A stretch of DNA of 62,939 bases from a virus (lineage: Duplodnaviria > Caudoviricetes). Positions 37,000-45,972 of this stretch are shown here, piece by piece; position 1 is the stretch's first letter, and each line of letters begins with the position of its first letter. A program made the translations under genes and the position numbers. The stretch lies in IMG/VR virus record IMGVR_UViG_3300005573_000097, positions 1 through 62,939 of that record. One strand, written 5' to 3'. A model generated the notes under the pieces. That model saw nothing but the letters and a program-made list of their open reading frames with translations, ran no database searches and was not told where the DNA came from.

Positions 37000-39402
37000 T
37001 TATTTTAATCCAAGATGTTTTGGAACATCAATACCCCTCTTAATAAGAGAATCAACTTCAATTTCCAACTCTTCTGTTTGAACATCTTTCATTTCTAACC
37101 AATTCATTCCAAAGCCAATTTCTATTGGAATCTCATGCCAGATATTAAACAGTTGGAATCTTCCTTGTTTGTAGGCCCAAATTAACATTAAAAAAGATGC
37201 TTCAAGTTTCTTTTCAGGAACAGAGATATTCAGTCCATCATGAGTATCCATAAGAATTGTGAAATAAGGATCGATACTCTGATTAGCTATTTTGTTAACA
37301 TCAGTAACAGTTGACTGCGGGATGAATGCATAGCCTTTCTTATAAGTTTTCCTATCAAGACGACCGAAAAAAATCATTCTTCTACCAAAAGGATTTACTA
37401 ACATTCTTGTTCGATTAATTTGTTCCTCAACTTCTTTATGAAAGACATTTACTATCCCAGGATAGGTGTTATGATAGAGAGTATAGATTTCAGTAGCTGC
37501 TTCCTTAGACATTTTAGACTCAATGGCAAGTTGATTAATTCCCATTCCATAATTACCACCATGTCCACATGCTTTTACATGGATATATTGCTCTGTCTCC
37601 TTATAGGCTTTAACTTTCTCTTTAGTTGACAGGTCGGGACCATAGATGTTTTTGGCATTCTCCAGGTGAAACATTCCAGATTCAGCAGCATCTATCATTT
37701 TTTGATCTCTTGTCAACCAGGCGACAACCCTTGCTTCAGCTTGTTTCTGATCACATTTCACCATAATTTCCCCTTCTTCAGGAAGAAAGAATCTTCTAGC
37801 ATTACCTCTTTTAACATTTTGGAGATTCATTCCTGTTTTGGAGAATGTCTTTTTTGACTCTAATCTACCAAGTTTCGACTTTGATAAACCATACTTAGTT
37901 CTGATTCTACCATCTTCGATATTCTCTTCTGAGAAGAGAGACGATTCCTTTGCAAGGGTTCGATACTCGATAATTAAATATGGAATATCAGAATTATATT
38001 TCAAAGCCATCTTTTGGAGATTCTCTTTATCCATAGAAATGGAATTGGTTCCTCTTTTGTGATAGCCATCCATTCCCATCTTATCGAGAAGAAGATCTTT
38101 AACTTGCTTGGGACTGTTTGGTTTGAAATCAGAACCATATTTTTCATCTAATTCTTTCTTAATTAAAGCCATTCTTTCTTTTGAAAATTTCTGATGATCT
38201 GCAAGATTCTTCATATCAATTCTAACACCACGGAGATTCATCTTGAAGAGTGGCTCATATAGATTAACATAGAGTTTCTTGTAAACATCATAGAGGTTAG
38301 CTTCCCGAAGTTCAATCTCCATTTCTTCAATACACCATAAGGCAGCAATACAATCTAAAGCATTATATCTCCAATGTTCCATCTCTTTTCCAACTCTAAG
38401 AGTAGAACCTTTCATTGGACCTTCATCAGAATCCCTTTCATCTGATTTGTAATATTCAAGATTGGTATAGATGGAAGTTATTACATCTAGTTTATGTGGA
38501 AGATCAGAGTAGAGGCAGTGATGCATGAGCATTGGATCAAATTCTGGAATTTTAAGTTGAATCCCATACTGGAGCATTACCTCAATATCGTACATAAAAT
38601 TCTGATTGGCAAAATTCAGCTTTGGAAGGACTCGCATCATTTCCTTCCAAAGAATAACTTCCTCCTCCTCAGTCCAGTAATTTGTTCGATCTCCATAGAA
38701 GAAAGGAATGCAAATGGCATCAGTTCTACTCCAGCCAAGGCCAATACAAGAGAGAAGTCCATGAGGAGTTTCCACGTCAATAGTAACTATTCTTGGATTA
38801 GTTTCTTCAAGATAACGAAGAGTTTCAATAACTTTGTTAAGAGATGGCTTAAGAATGAAGTTAAATTGAGGCCATTGAAAATTCTGGATATTATCAAGAA
38901 TATTTTTTGCCTTAGACAGGTCGAAAGAGATCAAAGGCCAGCATTCATAATTGTAATTCATAGTAGATGGATGGTAAGTTGGAATTACAATTAGATTCTG
39001 ATTAATTTGTGGAATTGGATGCATAACACTTCCCCTGAAATGGGAGATACCAGATCGACCAGTAACAGCTTGAAGGGCATAATCTCCCAGAGGAATTAAG
39101 ATTTTAGCATTCTCATAACTGTTAAGTTCTGGAATAAGTTTCCTTTCCCAATTTCTAATCTCCTCCATAGAGAGGTTGGCCATCTTAAATCCTGGAGCAG
39201 CCTTTTTTGATAAATTAGTGATTCTCAAATCTGATCTTGAAATTCCTACTTTTCGAAGACAGAAATCTAAGTGATATCCAGATGGGCCAACAAATGGTTT
39301 ATTTTGTTGAATTTCTTGAGATGCAGGAGCTTCTCCAATGAGAATCATTTCGGCATCTAGAGGTCCAACTGCTGGAATTTCTTTTGATGATTGAATTATC
39401 AT
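37000..39402 (-). CDS. polA: family A DNA polymerase with an N-terminal uracil-DNA glycosylase (family 4)-like domain and 3'-5' exonuclease
   Basis: GEAP...PFVGPSG...YHPS; DVET, NFMYD, YNALD; DQKQAEAR, K...NYGMG, THD. Confidence 0.92.
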   Translation of the reverse strand: MIIQSSKEIPAVGPLDAEMILIGEAPASQEIQQNKPFVGPSGYHLDFCLRKVGISRSDLRITNLSKKAAPGFKMANLSMEEIRNWERKLIPELNSYENAKILIPLGDYALQAVTGRSGISHFRGSVMHPIPQINQNLIVIPTYHPSTMNYNYECWPLISFDLSKAKNILDNIQNFQWPQFNFILKPSLNKVIETLRYLEETNPRIVTIDVETPHGLLSCIGLGWSRTDAICIPFFYGDRTNYWTEEEEVILWKEMMRVLPKLNFANQNFMYDIEVMLQYGIQLKIPEFDPMLMHHCLYSDLPHKLDVITSIYTNLEYYKSDERDSDEGPMKGSTLRVGKEMEHWRYNALDCIAALWCIEEMEIELREANLYDVYKKLYVNLYEPLFKMNLRGVRIDMKNLADHQKFSKERMALIKKELDEKYGSDFKPNSPKQVKDLLLDKMGMDGYHKRGTNSISMDKENLQKMALKYNSDIPYLIIEYRTLAKESSLFSEENIEDGRIRTKYGLSKSKLGRLESKKTFSKTGMNLQNVKRGNARRFFLPEEGEIMVKCDQKQAEARVVAWLTRDQKMIDAAESGMFHLENAKNIYGPDLSTKEKVKAYKETEQYIHVKACGHGGNYGMGINQLAIESKMSKEAATEIYTLYHNTYPGIVNVFHKEVEEQINRTRMLVNPFGRRMIFFGRLDRKTYKKGYAFIPQSTVTDVNKIANQSIDPYFTILMDTHDGLNISVPEKKLEASFLMLIWAYKQGRFQLFNIWHEIPIEIGFGMNWLEMKDVQTEELEIEVDSLIKRGIDVPKHLGLK

Positions 39403-39465
39403 AAGATTCTCTTTTCCTATTCTATATGTTATTTAAAAGTTTCCATTCTTTCTGATCTTATAATT

Positions 39466-40791
39466 TTATTCATCAAGTCTTCCTTCGAGATACATCTTAG
39501 CTTTAAGATAGTTCTCTTCATTATTTTCAATACCTATTGATCTTCTTCCAATCAAAGAAGCTGCTTTTAATGTAGAACCGGAGCCACATGTAGGGTCAAG
39601 AATCACCTCTCCTTGAACAGTTGTTAATTTAATTAATTTCTGTAAGAATTCAATACTCTTCTGTTGAGTATGGATTCTCTCTGTATTAGCTGGACGGTTA
39701 TAGATGAAAACATCAGATGAAGGTTCATTTAGTTTCCGAACTCCCTTAGTGCAATGAAGAAATAGTTCGTGTCTTGGCATAAAGTAATAATTTTGATCAG
39801 TGTAACCTCCAGATTCTTTCACCCAGACAAGAGGAACTTCCCTAATATAAGTGAATTTTAAATCTCGAAAAAGGGATTTCCAAAAATCAATAAATTGTGA
39901 TCCAATAAAAGTAAACATATGACAATCATCTTTAAGAACTCTATATAGCTCTGGAGTTAATCTAGTTGCTAAATCCTTAGCATATTCTTCACTATCATCA
40001 TAGTTAGCACCATCTCTAGTAGAAGATCGAGCTCCAATTTCATCGATGGAAATTCCCCAGGGAGGATCAAAAATAATAAGATCAATGCAACCATCTGGAA
40101 GTTTTTTTACCTCTTCAACAGCATCTCCATGAATTATCTTATATGGAATTTCAACTGAAGAGATCTTCTTAACCTTAGCTTCTGGTTTCTTTTCTTCATT
40201 TAAGATAGATGATAGGGGATTGTTTTCTTCGCTTCTTTTTGCAAGTTCTTTAAGGATTAAGATTTCTTCAATCTTGGAAAGCTGAGATAATGCCTGTCCC
40301 CTTGTTCCATATTTTTTCAATTCTGGAAGATCCTGCATAGCCTTATAGAGATTAAGATCTTGGGATAGAATCCCTTTTGTCAATCCTATGGAATTTGCAG
40401 TATCTTCGATTGTCCAACCATCAGGACGACACCTTTCAGCTTTGCCATATTCCTCAACATTTAAGCTATGAATAAGATAACGAAGTTCAACAGTTTCCCA
40501 CCACTCCATTGATTTATGAAGATTCTCCTCATACTCAATTCGACGTTTTGACAGTTCGGAGAGATCTTCATAGATGGTTACTTCAATTTCGGAGAAATTG
40601 AGATTTTTACAACAAGTATATCTTCTACTGCCTGCAATCAATTCGAGATCTTTTGTGACGATAATAGGATTGAGAAGGCCATTTGATTCTATAGATTTCA
40701 TCAATCCTGTTAGATCTCCAAGATCTTTTCTAATTCTACCTTCAACAATAATATCTTTTAATGGTACTTTTTTTGTAACTCCTCTTTTCAT
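39466..40791 (-). CDS. ParB-like N-terminal domain fused to an N6A/N4C DNA methyltransferase
   Basis: GLLNPIIV...LIAGSRR...EEN; IFDPPW catalytic motif, HTQQK, LDPTCGSGST. Confidence 0.88.
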   Translation of the reverse strand: MKRGVTKKVPLKDIIVEGRIRKDLGDLTGLMKSIESNGLLNPIIVTKDLELIAGSRRYTCCKNLNFSEIEVTIYEDLSELSKRRIEYEENLHKSMEWWETVELRYLIHSLNVEEYGKAERCRPDGWTIEDTANSIGLTKGILSQDLNLYKAMQDLPELKKYGTRGQALSQLSKIEEILILKELAKRSEENNPLSSILNEEKKPEAKVKKISSVEIPYKIIHGDAVEEVKKLPDGCIDLIIFDPPWGISIDEIGARSSTRDGANYDDSEEYAKDLATRLTPELYRVLKDDCHMFTFIGSQFIDFWKSLFRDLKFTYIREVPLVWVKESGGYTDQNYYFMPRHELFLHCTKGVRKLNEPSSDVFIYNRPANTERIHTQQKSIEFLQKLIKLTTVQGEVILDPTCGSGSTLKAASLIGRRSIGIENNEENYLKAKMYLEGRLDE

Positions 40792-40962
40792 AAATCCTCC
40801 AATTTTATATCTTCTAGAGTTAAATTAATTTCATTTAAATCTATTTTATTTGAAAATTCAATTTTACAAAATAAGATGTCAGAAATTAATAGTTATTTAG
40901 TTTAAGATTTCTCCCCTTTCGAAATTTAGGTAAGATTCAAATCTTTTGTTTCTATAATAACC

Positions 40963-41256
40963 TCACAAATTTTGAAAGATCAAATCAAAGTAATTCTTTA
41001 CCTTATCTGCGGTTTCCTTATCATATGATTTATATAATGAACTACAGAGAAGGTTATACATCTCTGATAATTTCTCAAAATCTTTAACTAAGGATTCATG
41101 AACCTTCTTAGGTGGTTTTAAACCATTCTCTATATAAGAGATTTGAGATCCACTACAATTTAGTTTCCTTCCCATTTCTTCTATAGTATATCCATGAAAT
41201 CTCCTTATCATTTTCATCTGAACGGCATCTGATAAGTTATAAGTTTTCGTTGCCAT
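40963..41256 (-). CDS. XRE-family helix-turn-helix regulator
   Basis: IRRFHGYTIEEMGRKLNCSGSQISYIENG. Confidence 0.8.
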   Translation of the reverse strand: MATKTYNLSDAVQMKMIRRFHGYTIEEMGRKLNCSGSQISYIENGLKPPKKVHESLVKDFEKLSEMYNLLCSSLYKSYDKETADKVKNYFDLIFQNL

Positions 41257-41293
41257 GATAATGTCTCCTGTTGTCCTCCTTGAGAATTAAATC

Positions 41294-41317
41294 GGGAGAG
41301 GAGTACTCCCCTCTCCC
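41294..41317 (-). terminator. hairpin, possible terminator after the SSB gene
   Basis: GGGAGAGG...CCTCTCCC; weak U tract. Confidence 0.5.
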
Positions 41318-41326
41318 AATAATCAA

Positions 41327-41707
41327 TTAGTGTCCAAGTGGAAAGAATTTCTTGACTTCGTTGCGATCCTCACCTTCATACTTTTTGACTTTTACATCAG
41401 CACCAAATTCCAAGCCAAAACATTCTTCAAGTTCAAAGCCATCCTCATCAAAGTTAATTCCAGCTGCATCGACAAGAGCTTTCAAGGTGAAAAGAGCATT
41501 TGGCATTAAGGAAGTCGTGAAGATCAACTTCTTTCCTTCATATTCCCCATCAATAACCTCAGTTACCCAAACTATCATGGGGTTTCCTGATCTAGATTGA
41601 GTTAATTTTGAAGATTCTAAAATCTTTACTGCATACTTACCTTCAGGAAGAAGATCAATACCACCTTCTATTTCATTAAGATTTACACCAAGATTAATTC
41701 TAGGCAT
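41327..41707 (-). CDS. DUF669-family ssDNA-binding protein
   Basis: LLPEGKY, SRSGNPM, YEGEDRNEVK. Confidence 0.8.
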   Translation of the reverse strand: MPRINLGVNLNEIEGGIDLLPEGKYAVKILESSKLTQSRSGNPMIVWVTEVIDGEYEGKKLIFTTSLMPNALFTLKALVDAAGINFDEDGFELEECFGLEFGADVKVKKYEGEDRNEVKKFFPLGH

Positions 41708-41718
41708 CTTTTTATCTC

Positions 41719-42549
41719 CTATTTCTTATTCTTTACTTCTGTTTTTGGTTTTGGAGAAGAGAAATTCTTCTCCAAGAGGTAGAGATTGGCATCTACAAAT
41801 TCAGGCAAGTCGAAAAAACTTGACCGAGAGCAATATTTATTCCCCTTTGTTCTAAGTTGGAATTGTTCTCCATTTATTTTGGAGTAACTCTTTGTTAAGT
41901 GATAAACTTCATCAAAATAACCTCCTATCTTTCTACGGAATTGGCCATCAACCATTGGCCAATAGCCATTTACTACAGTTACATTGGTTATAGGATCGGT
42001 TTCTGACTCTTCTATTTCATGTGCACAACAAATGAAATTCTTATCAATTTGAACGATATTTGTAAAGACTTCCTCTAGAATGGCAAGGTAAGTACCCCAC
42101 GAAGGCCAATTCATATCTCCATTACTAGATTCTTTTTTATCAGATTCTTTAGGCTTGCCAAACTTTCCTTGAGTCTTGTTGTAGGTCATCAGTCTCTTAA
42201 GATGTTCTGTAAGACGAGTTAAACTATCAAGAACGATCGTATCATATTGTCGATACTCTTCTTTATCATCAATAATATCATTTAAGATATCAACTGCTTT
42301 GAGAAATCCCTCTGGCTGTTTCCTGAGGCCCTGATCAGGATTTAAAGCTCTATGTCGAAGAGACTCCTCGGTTAGTTTCTCCTTAATGGGAAGAAGGGTA
42401 ACTGCTCCTGAGTCCACAAGATGTTTGATATTTAGCATCCTGTGAGCTTTGCAATCGATGTCAATGATAAGAGTTTTTCCAGGAAGGGTGCATGCGCAAG
42501 TAGTTTTACCAGATCCTGGAGGGCTAATAAGTAATATTGTTCTTTTCAT
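41719..42549 (-). CDS. AAA_24/Sak4-like ATPase
   Basis: PPGSGKT, IVLDSLT, CCAHE, GYFDEV. Confidence 0.82.
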   Translation of the reverse strand: MKRTILLISPPGSGKTTCACTLPGKTLIIDIDCKAHRMLNIKHLVDSGAVTLLPIKEKLTEESLRHRALNPDQGLRKQPEGFLKAVDILNDIIDDKEEYRQYDTIVLDSLTRLTEHLKRLMTYNKTQGKFGKPKESDKKESSNGDMNWPSWGTYLAILEEVFTNIVQIDKNFICCAHEIEESETDPITNVTVVNGYWPMVDGQFRRKIGGYFDEVYHLTKSYSKINGEQFQLRTKGNKYCSRSSFFDLPEFVDANLYLLEKNFSSPKPKTEVKNKK

Positions 42550-42582
42550 TTTATCTCCTCCAAATTTTGGCGAAAAACTTTA

Positions 42583-43128
42583 TTAAAGATTTCTAATTAA
42601 TTCTGGTGGGGTTGCTAATTTCAAGGGTTGATCTGAAAGTAGATACTCTCCAGGCCATTCTACATAAACATCTTCAGTAGTAAAGAAAAATATAGCATTT
42701 CCGTTACTGCCATAGCTTCCATCAAGATCGGGACTTTCTACAACGTGAGAATCCCATCTTCCTGGCACATCTGTAAGTATGGTTTGTTGCGTACAGGTAA
42801 GCATGGAATTGACACTTGATACCTTTCCTTTTACGGTATAAAAAGCCATTACTTTACCATAGCTTATAAGATAGATATAGCTTATCTTATTAGCCACATT
42901 AAATCTTTCAAGACGTTTAACAAGATTTCGTCTCTCCTGAGAATCTGTTAATTTTGGAGGTGGTATAATTTTTGATAGTCTTAAAAAATTATCAGCAGTT
43001 ATAGTTTGATCATTATCTTGCATTTTACTTACTTGTCTTACACTTTTAGATCCATTATCACATCCAGGTTGGAATACTCCTATAAGAAAGCAAAACATTA
43101 TTAAAACTCCTGATATAAATTTTTTCAT
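42583..43128 (-). CDS. putative lipoprotein
   Basis: Signal peptide ending PGC; GKVSSVNS, DLDGSYG, FFFTT. Confidence 0.7.
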   Translation of the reverse strand: MKKFISGVLIMFCFLIGVFQPGCDNGSKSVRQVSKMQDNDQTITADNFLRLSKIIPPPKLTDSQERRNLVKRLERFNVANKISYIYLISYGKVMAFYTVKGKVSSVNSMLTCTQQTILTDVPGRWDSHVVESPDLDGSYGSNGNAIFFFTTEDVYVEWPGEYLLSDQPLKLATPPELIRNL

Positions 43129-43140
43129 CTTAGGTCTCCT

Positions 43141-43605
43141 TTAATTAATTTCTGGTGGTATGTCTTTCCCCATAAAAAATTTACGATTCAACATTTTAGC
43201 TCTTGCATTATACTGCGCTGTTAAATCTTGACGATAGTTTTTCAAACCTGTTAAAACTGAAGATAAACGACTCGATTCATTCTTATCTTCAAATGTCCAT
43301 TTATTACGTGATCCAGCCGATTCATTAAAATTTTTGATATCCTCTTGAGCTATAGATATCTTAATATCAGTTGCTTGTATATCATGATAAGTATTCTTAA
43401 ACCATTCATAATTTGAAATTACATTATCAGCATCAAGAGTTTTCTCAATAATCTTTGCCGGTTGACTCATTAAGTTTATTCCATAATTGATTCCTCCTAT
43501 TAGGATTCCAAGTCCCATTAAAGGTAAAATAATGATAAGAAAAACTCTCCAAATTGTCCATCTTGCTTCTTTTGATACATTATTAAATTCATCTTGATAA
43601 CTCAT
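43141..43605 (-). CDS. membrane-anchored coiled-coil protein
   Basis: One TM helix; NYEWF and QYNA. Confidence 0.7.
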   Translation of the reverse strand: MSYQDEFNNVSKEARWTIWRVFLIIILPLMGLGILIGGINYGINLMSQPAKIIEKTLDADNVISNYEWFKNTYHDIQATDIKISIAQEDIKNFNESAGSRNKWTFEDKNESSRLSSVLTGLKNYRQDLTAQYNARAKMLNRKFFMGKDIPPEIN

Positions 43606-43624
43606 AATAAACTTCCTTTCTTAT

Positions 43625-43942
43625 TTAAGAGGTTTCAACAAAATTTAAAACTTCATGAAATACCTTTTCATATTCATATTTTTGTTTAAAATATTCTCCT
43701 AAACGTGATAAACGATCAAAATTATCCCAATCACAAAATTCATAATTTAGTGTTATACTAAAAGTATCATCAATGAGATTATTATTTTCTCTATTCAAAA
43801 AAATCTCTATTAAAACAGAATTTTCGTCAACTTTCTCATATCTAATTTGATGAATCTTATCATCGAAAATATTGGCCTTTCTACAAATGGGATATTTAAC
43901 ATCAGATTCCTTCTTAATTGGAATGTATCTTATGATTAGCAT
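43625..43942 (-). CDS. hypothetical protein
   Basis: ORF with AAGGA RBS. Confidence 0.55.
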   Translation of the reverse strand: MLIIRYIPIKKESDVKYPICRKANIFDDKIHQIRYEKVDENSVLIEIFLNRENNNLIDDTFSITLNYEFCDWDNFDRLSRLGEYFKQKYEYEKVFHEVLNFVETS

Positions 43943-43953
43943 CTTATCCTTTC

Positions 43954-44211
43954 TTAACTTTTAGATTTATAATTTGTTTTTGGATCTCTTTTAAATACTG
44001 TTTTAGTTTCCCTTTCCTTTTTATAGATCTTTAGAATTGTCTTTGTCATAGCCATTGAAAAGGCTTGCTTAACTCCAGCTTTTTCAGCATCTGTCATTCC
44101 TTCAAGAATTGGAAGGTTATCAAGATTCTCTTCAAAAGATCTTGTTACTTCCTCTAAGAAGAATTCAACAAGAGATTGAGATTTCTTTCTTGGCATCTTC
44201 TGTTTCCCCAT
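43954..44211 (-). CDS. hypothetical protein
   Basis: ORF in the operon. Confidence 0.55.
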   Translation of the reverse strand: MGKQKMPRKKSQSLVEFFLEEVTRSFEENLDNLPILEGMTDAEKAGVKQAFSMAMTKTILKIYKKERETKTVFKRDPKTNYKSKS

Positions 44212-45091
44212 CTTTCATTTCTTTAACTATAAAATTCTCTGCAATAATTCTATTCCACATATTAGAATCTTCATCTATCCCTTTCAATGGATAGAATTCG
44301 CATCCACCATAATCCATACATCTTTCATTATTACTAGGCCAGATGCCCCACTCAGAAGAACGATAAATTGTCTCAATCCACTGAATTAGAGATTCCTTTC
44401 CTTCATCAAGAGTCTTATTTGTCTTAATAGTTACCTCTCTTTGAAAGGATGGAGTAGCCGTCTGTTTCTTTGGAGGTTCAAAGATTCGGATTCCATTAAT
44501 AATACATTTTGGTGTTGATGATTTTCCCTTAATAGAAAAGAATCCCATCTCACGAGCGACATAGAGATACCAAAGAATCTGGAAAGAAATTCCCTTTTCT
44601 CGGAAGAAAGAATCTCCCAGTAAAGATGTTGTTTTATCTTCAATAAGGGAAGGGGAACCTCCATCGAGGATACAACCATCAATTCTACCATCAAAGATGA
44701 TATCCTTTCCATAGACCTTGATTGGCAGCTGAAAGGTTACCTCAGGCTGGAGCATCATCTTCATTTCATCAGGATAATGGTCACAATAGTTAAGAAAGAT
44801 GTCACAAAGTCGCTCAACAGATCTCTTTGGATCTATTTCCCTTGAAAAGTCGAGACAATCAGCTTCAGAAGATTTCCAAGCTGAGATGATTCCTTTAATT
44901 CCATCATCTGGATCTCCAGTCTTTCTATATTCGGAGAGGGCTATTGCCATAGCTGCTCCAACGGCAAGGGCTTTTGATTTCCTCTTTGGAGATAAGCCAA
45001 GACAGTAATGAAGATAGAATTTTCTTGGACAGGTGATATAAGAAGAGACTTTACTGTAACTGAAACGAGATAAATCAAGATTGCTTTCCAT
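44165..45091 (-). CDS. PD-(D/E)XK recombination exonuclease (RecB/Cas4-like)
   Basis: SYSK...CPRKF, GRID, EDKTT, Q..WY, C-terminal Cys pair. Confidence 0.85.
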   Translation of the reverse strand: MESNLDLSRFSYSKVSSYITCPRKFYLHYCLGLSPKRKSKALAVGAAMAIALSEYRKTGDPDDGIKGIISAWKSSEADCLDFSREIDPKRSVERLCDIFLNYCDHYPDEMKMMLQPEVTFQLPIKVYGKDIIFDGRIDGCILDGGSPSLIEDKTTSLLGDSFFREKGISFQILWYLYVAREMGFFSIKGKSSTPKCIINGIRIFEPPKKQTATPSFQREVTIKTNKTLDEGKESLIQWIETIYRSSEWGIWPSNNERCMDYGGCEFYPLKGIDEDSNMWNRIIAENFIVKEMKDGETEDAKKEISISC

Positions 45092-45311
45092 CTTTTTCTC
45101 CTTTCATCAACGTATCCAAAAGAACCTTTTTAACATCTTCGGGAAGATTATTTAGAAATTCTTCCGTCTCATTAGTTTTCTTCCTCTTTTGTTTAACTTC
45201 AATACCTTTTTTACGATTTGCCCGAATCCGTCTGAGAGTTTCCAACATTTCTTCTTCTGTCATATCTTCTAATTTAATATAATTCATTCTATTCCTCCTC
45301 ATGATCATCAA
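45075..45311 (-). CDS. hypothetical protein
   Basis: Charged helical ORF, coupled to its neighbours. Confidence 0.55.
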   Translation of the reverse strand: MMIMRRNRMNYIKLEDMTEEEMLETLRRIRANRKKGIEVKQKRKKTNETEEFLNNLPEDVKKVLLDTLMKGEKDGKQS

Positions 45312-45483
45312 ATTTTGAAAGTTGATATCCAGCGTCTTCCATTCTTTTTAGTTTCTCCTTAATGCAGAGAACTACAAAATCTTGAAGACTTTTATCGAGG
45401 ATAGATGCTGCTGTTCTTGCTTTTTCATGAACTTTTTTACTACAGGTTCTAATTGTCAATATTGTATATTCCATAGATAACAT
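45289..45483 (-). CDS. ribbon-helix-helix-like small DNA-binding protein
   Basis: LTIR...VHEKARTAASILDKSLQDFVV pattern. Confidence 0.55.
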   Translation of the reverse strand: MLSMEYTILTIRTCSKKVHEKARTAASILDKSLQDFVVLCIKEKLKRMEDAGYQLSKFDDHEEE

Positions 45484-45491
45484 CCTCCTTC

Positions 45492-45770
45492 TTATTCTTT
45501 CTTTTCTTTATTAATTCTTTCAAATACCTCTTTCATATCTGAAAGAGAAATTCCCATAGATTTTAATTTCTTTATTGTTGATTTTTCCTTACTGTTATTT
45601 CGTAGATCCTGAGTTATCTCCTTCTTCAACATACGGTTGACAAGAGATAAACATCGAGATTCTCCTAGAGAGGAGATAGCTTCTGAAAGAGATTCATATT
45701 CAGGAACTTCTACAATTCCAAGAAGAACTGGAGGTTTTCCTCTATTAACAGGAACTGATTTTATTTTCAT
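45492..45770 (-). CDS. hypothetical protein (shares a motif with 62051..62743)
   Basis: YESLSEAISSLGESRCLSLVN. Confidence 0.7.
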   Translation of the reverse strand: MKIKSVPVNRGKPPVLLGIVEVPEYESLSEAISSLGESRCLSLVNRMLKKEITQDLRNNSKEKSTIKKLKSMGISLSDMKEVFERINKEKKE

Positions 45771-45894
45771 AAGAGACTCCTAAATTTAGTAACAATACTA
45801 TCCTCAAAAGAATTTACTTCATAATCTTCAAGGAAGATATTTATTCTATGCTCCAAAAAGGAAACCTTTGGAAAATTGTCTACTCAACAAAAAT

Positions 45895-45923
45895 ATTATA
45901 CAAGAAAAGGAAACTGAAGTCAA
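45895..45923 (-). promoter_or_regulatory. sigma70-type promoter for the replication operon
   Basis: Minus strand TTGACT, 17 bp, TATAAT. Confidence 0.8.
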
Positions 45924-45972
45924 GAAAAATTTTCTCAAATTATTTCTCCTGTTTAGTCGTTAAACTTAAACT

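Noticed and set aside
38494-38994. 166-aa plus-strand ORF
   Set aside because: Lies antisense within the DNA polymerase gene
44165-45091. CRISPR-associated Cas4
   Set aside because: Its context with a Sak4-like ATPase and SSB indicates a phage recombination exonuclease
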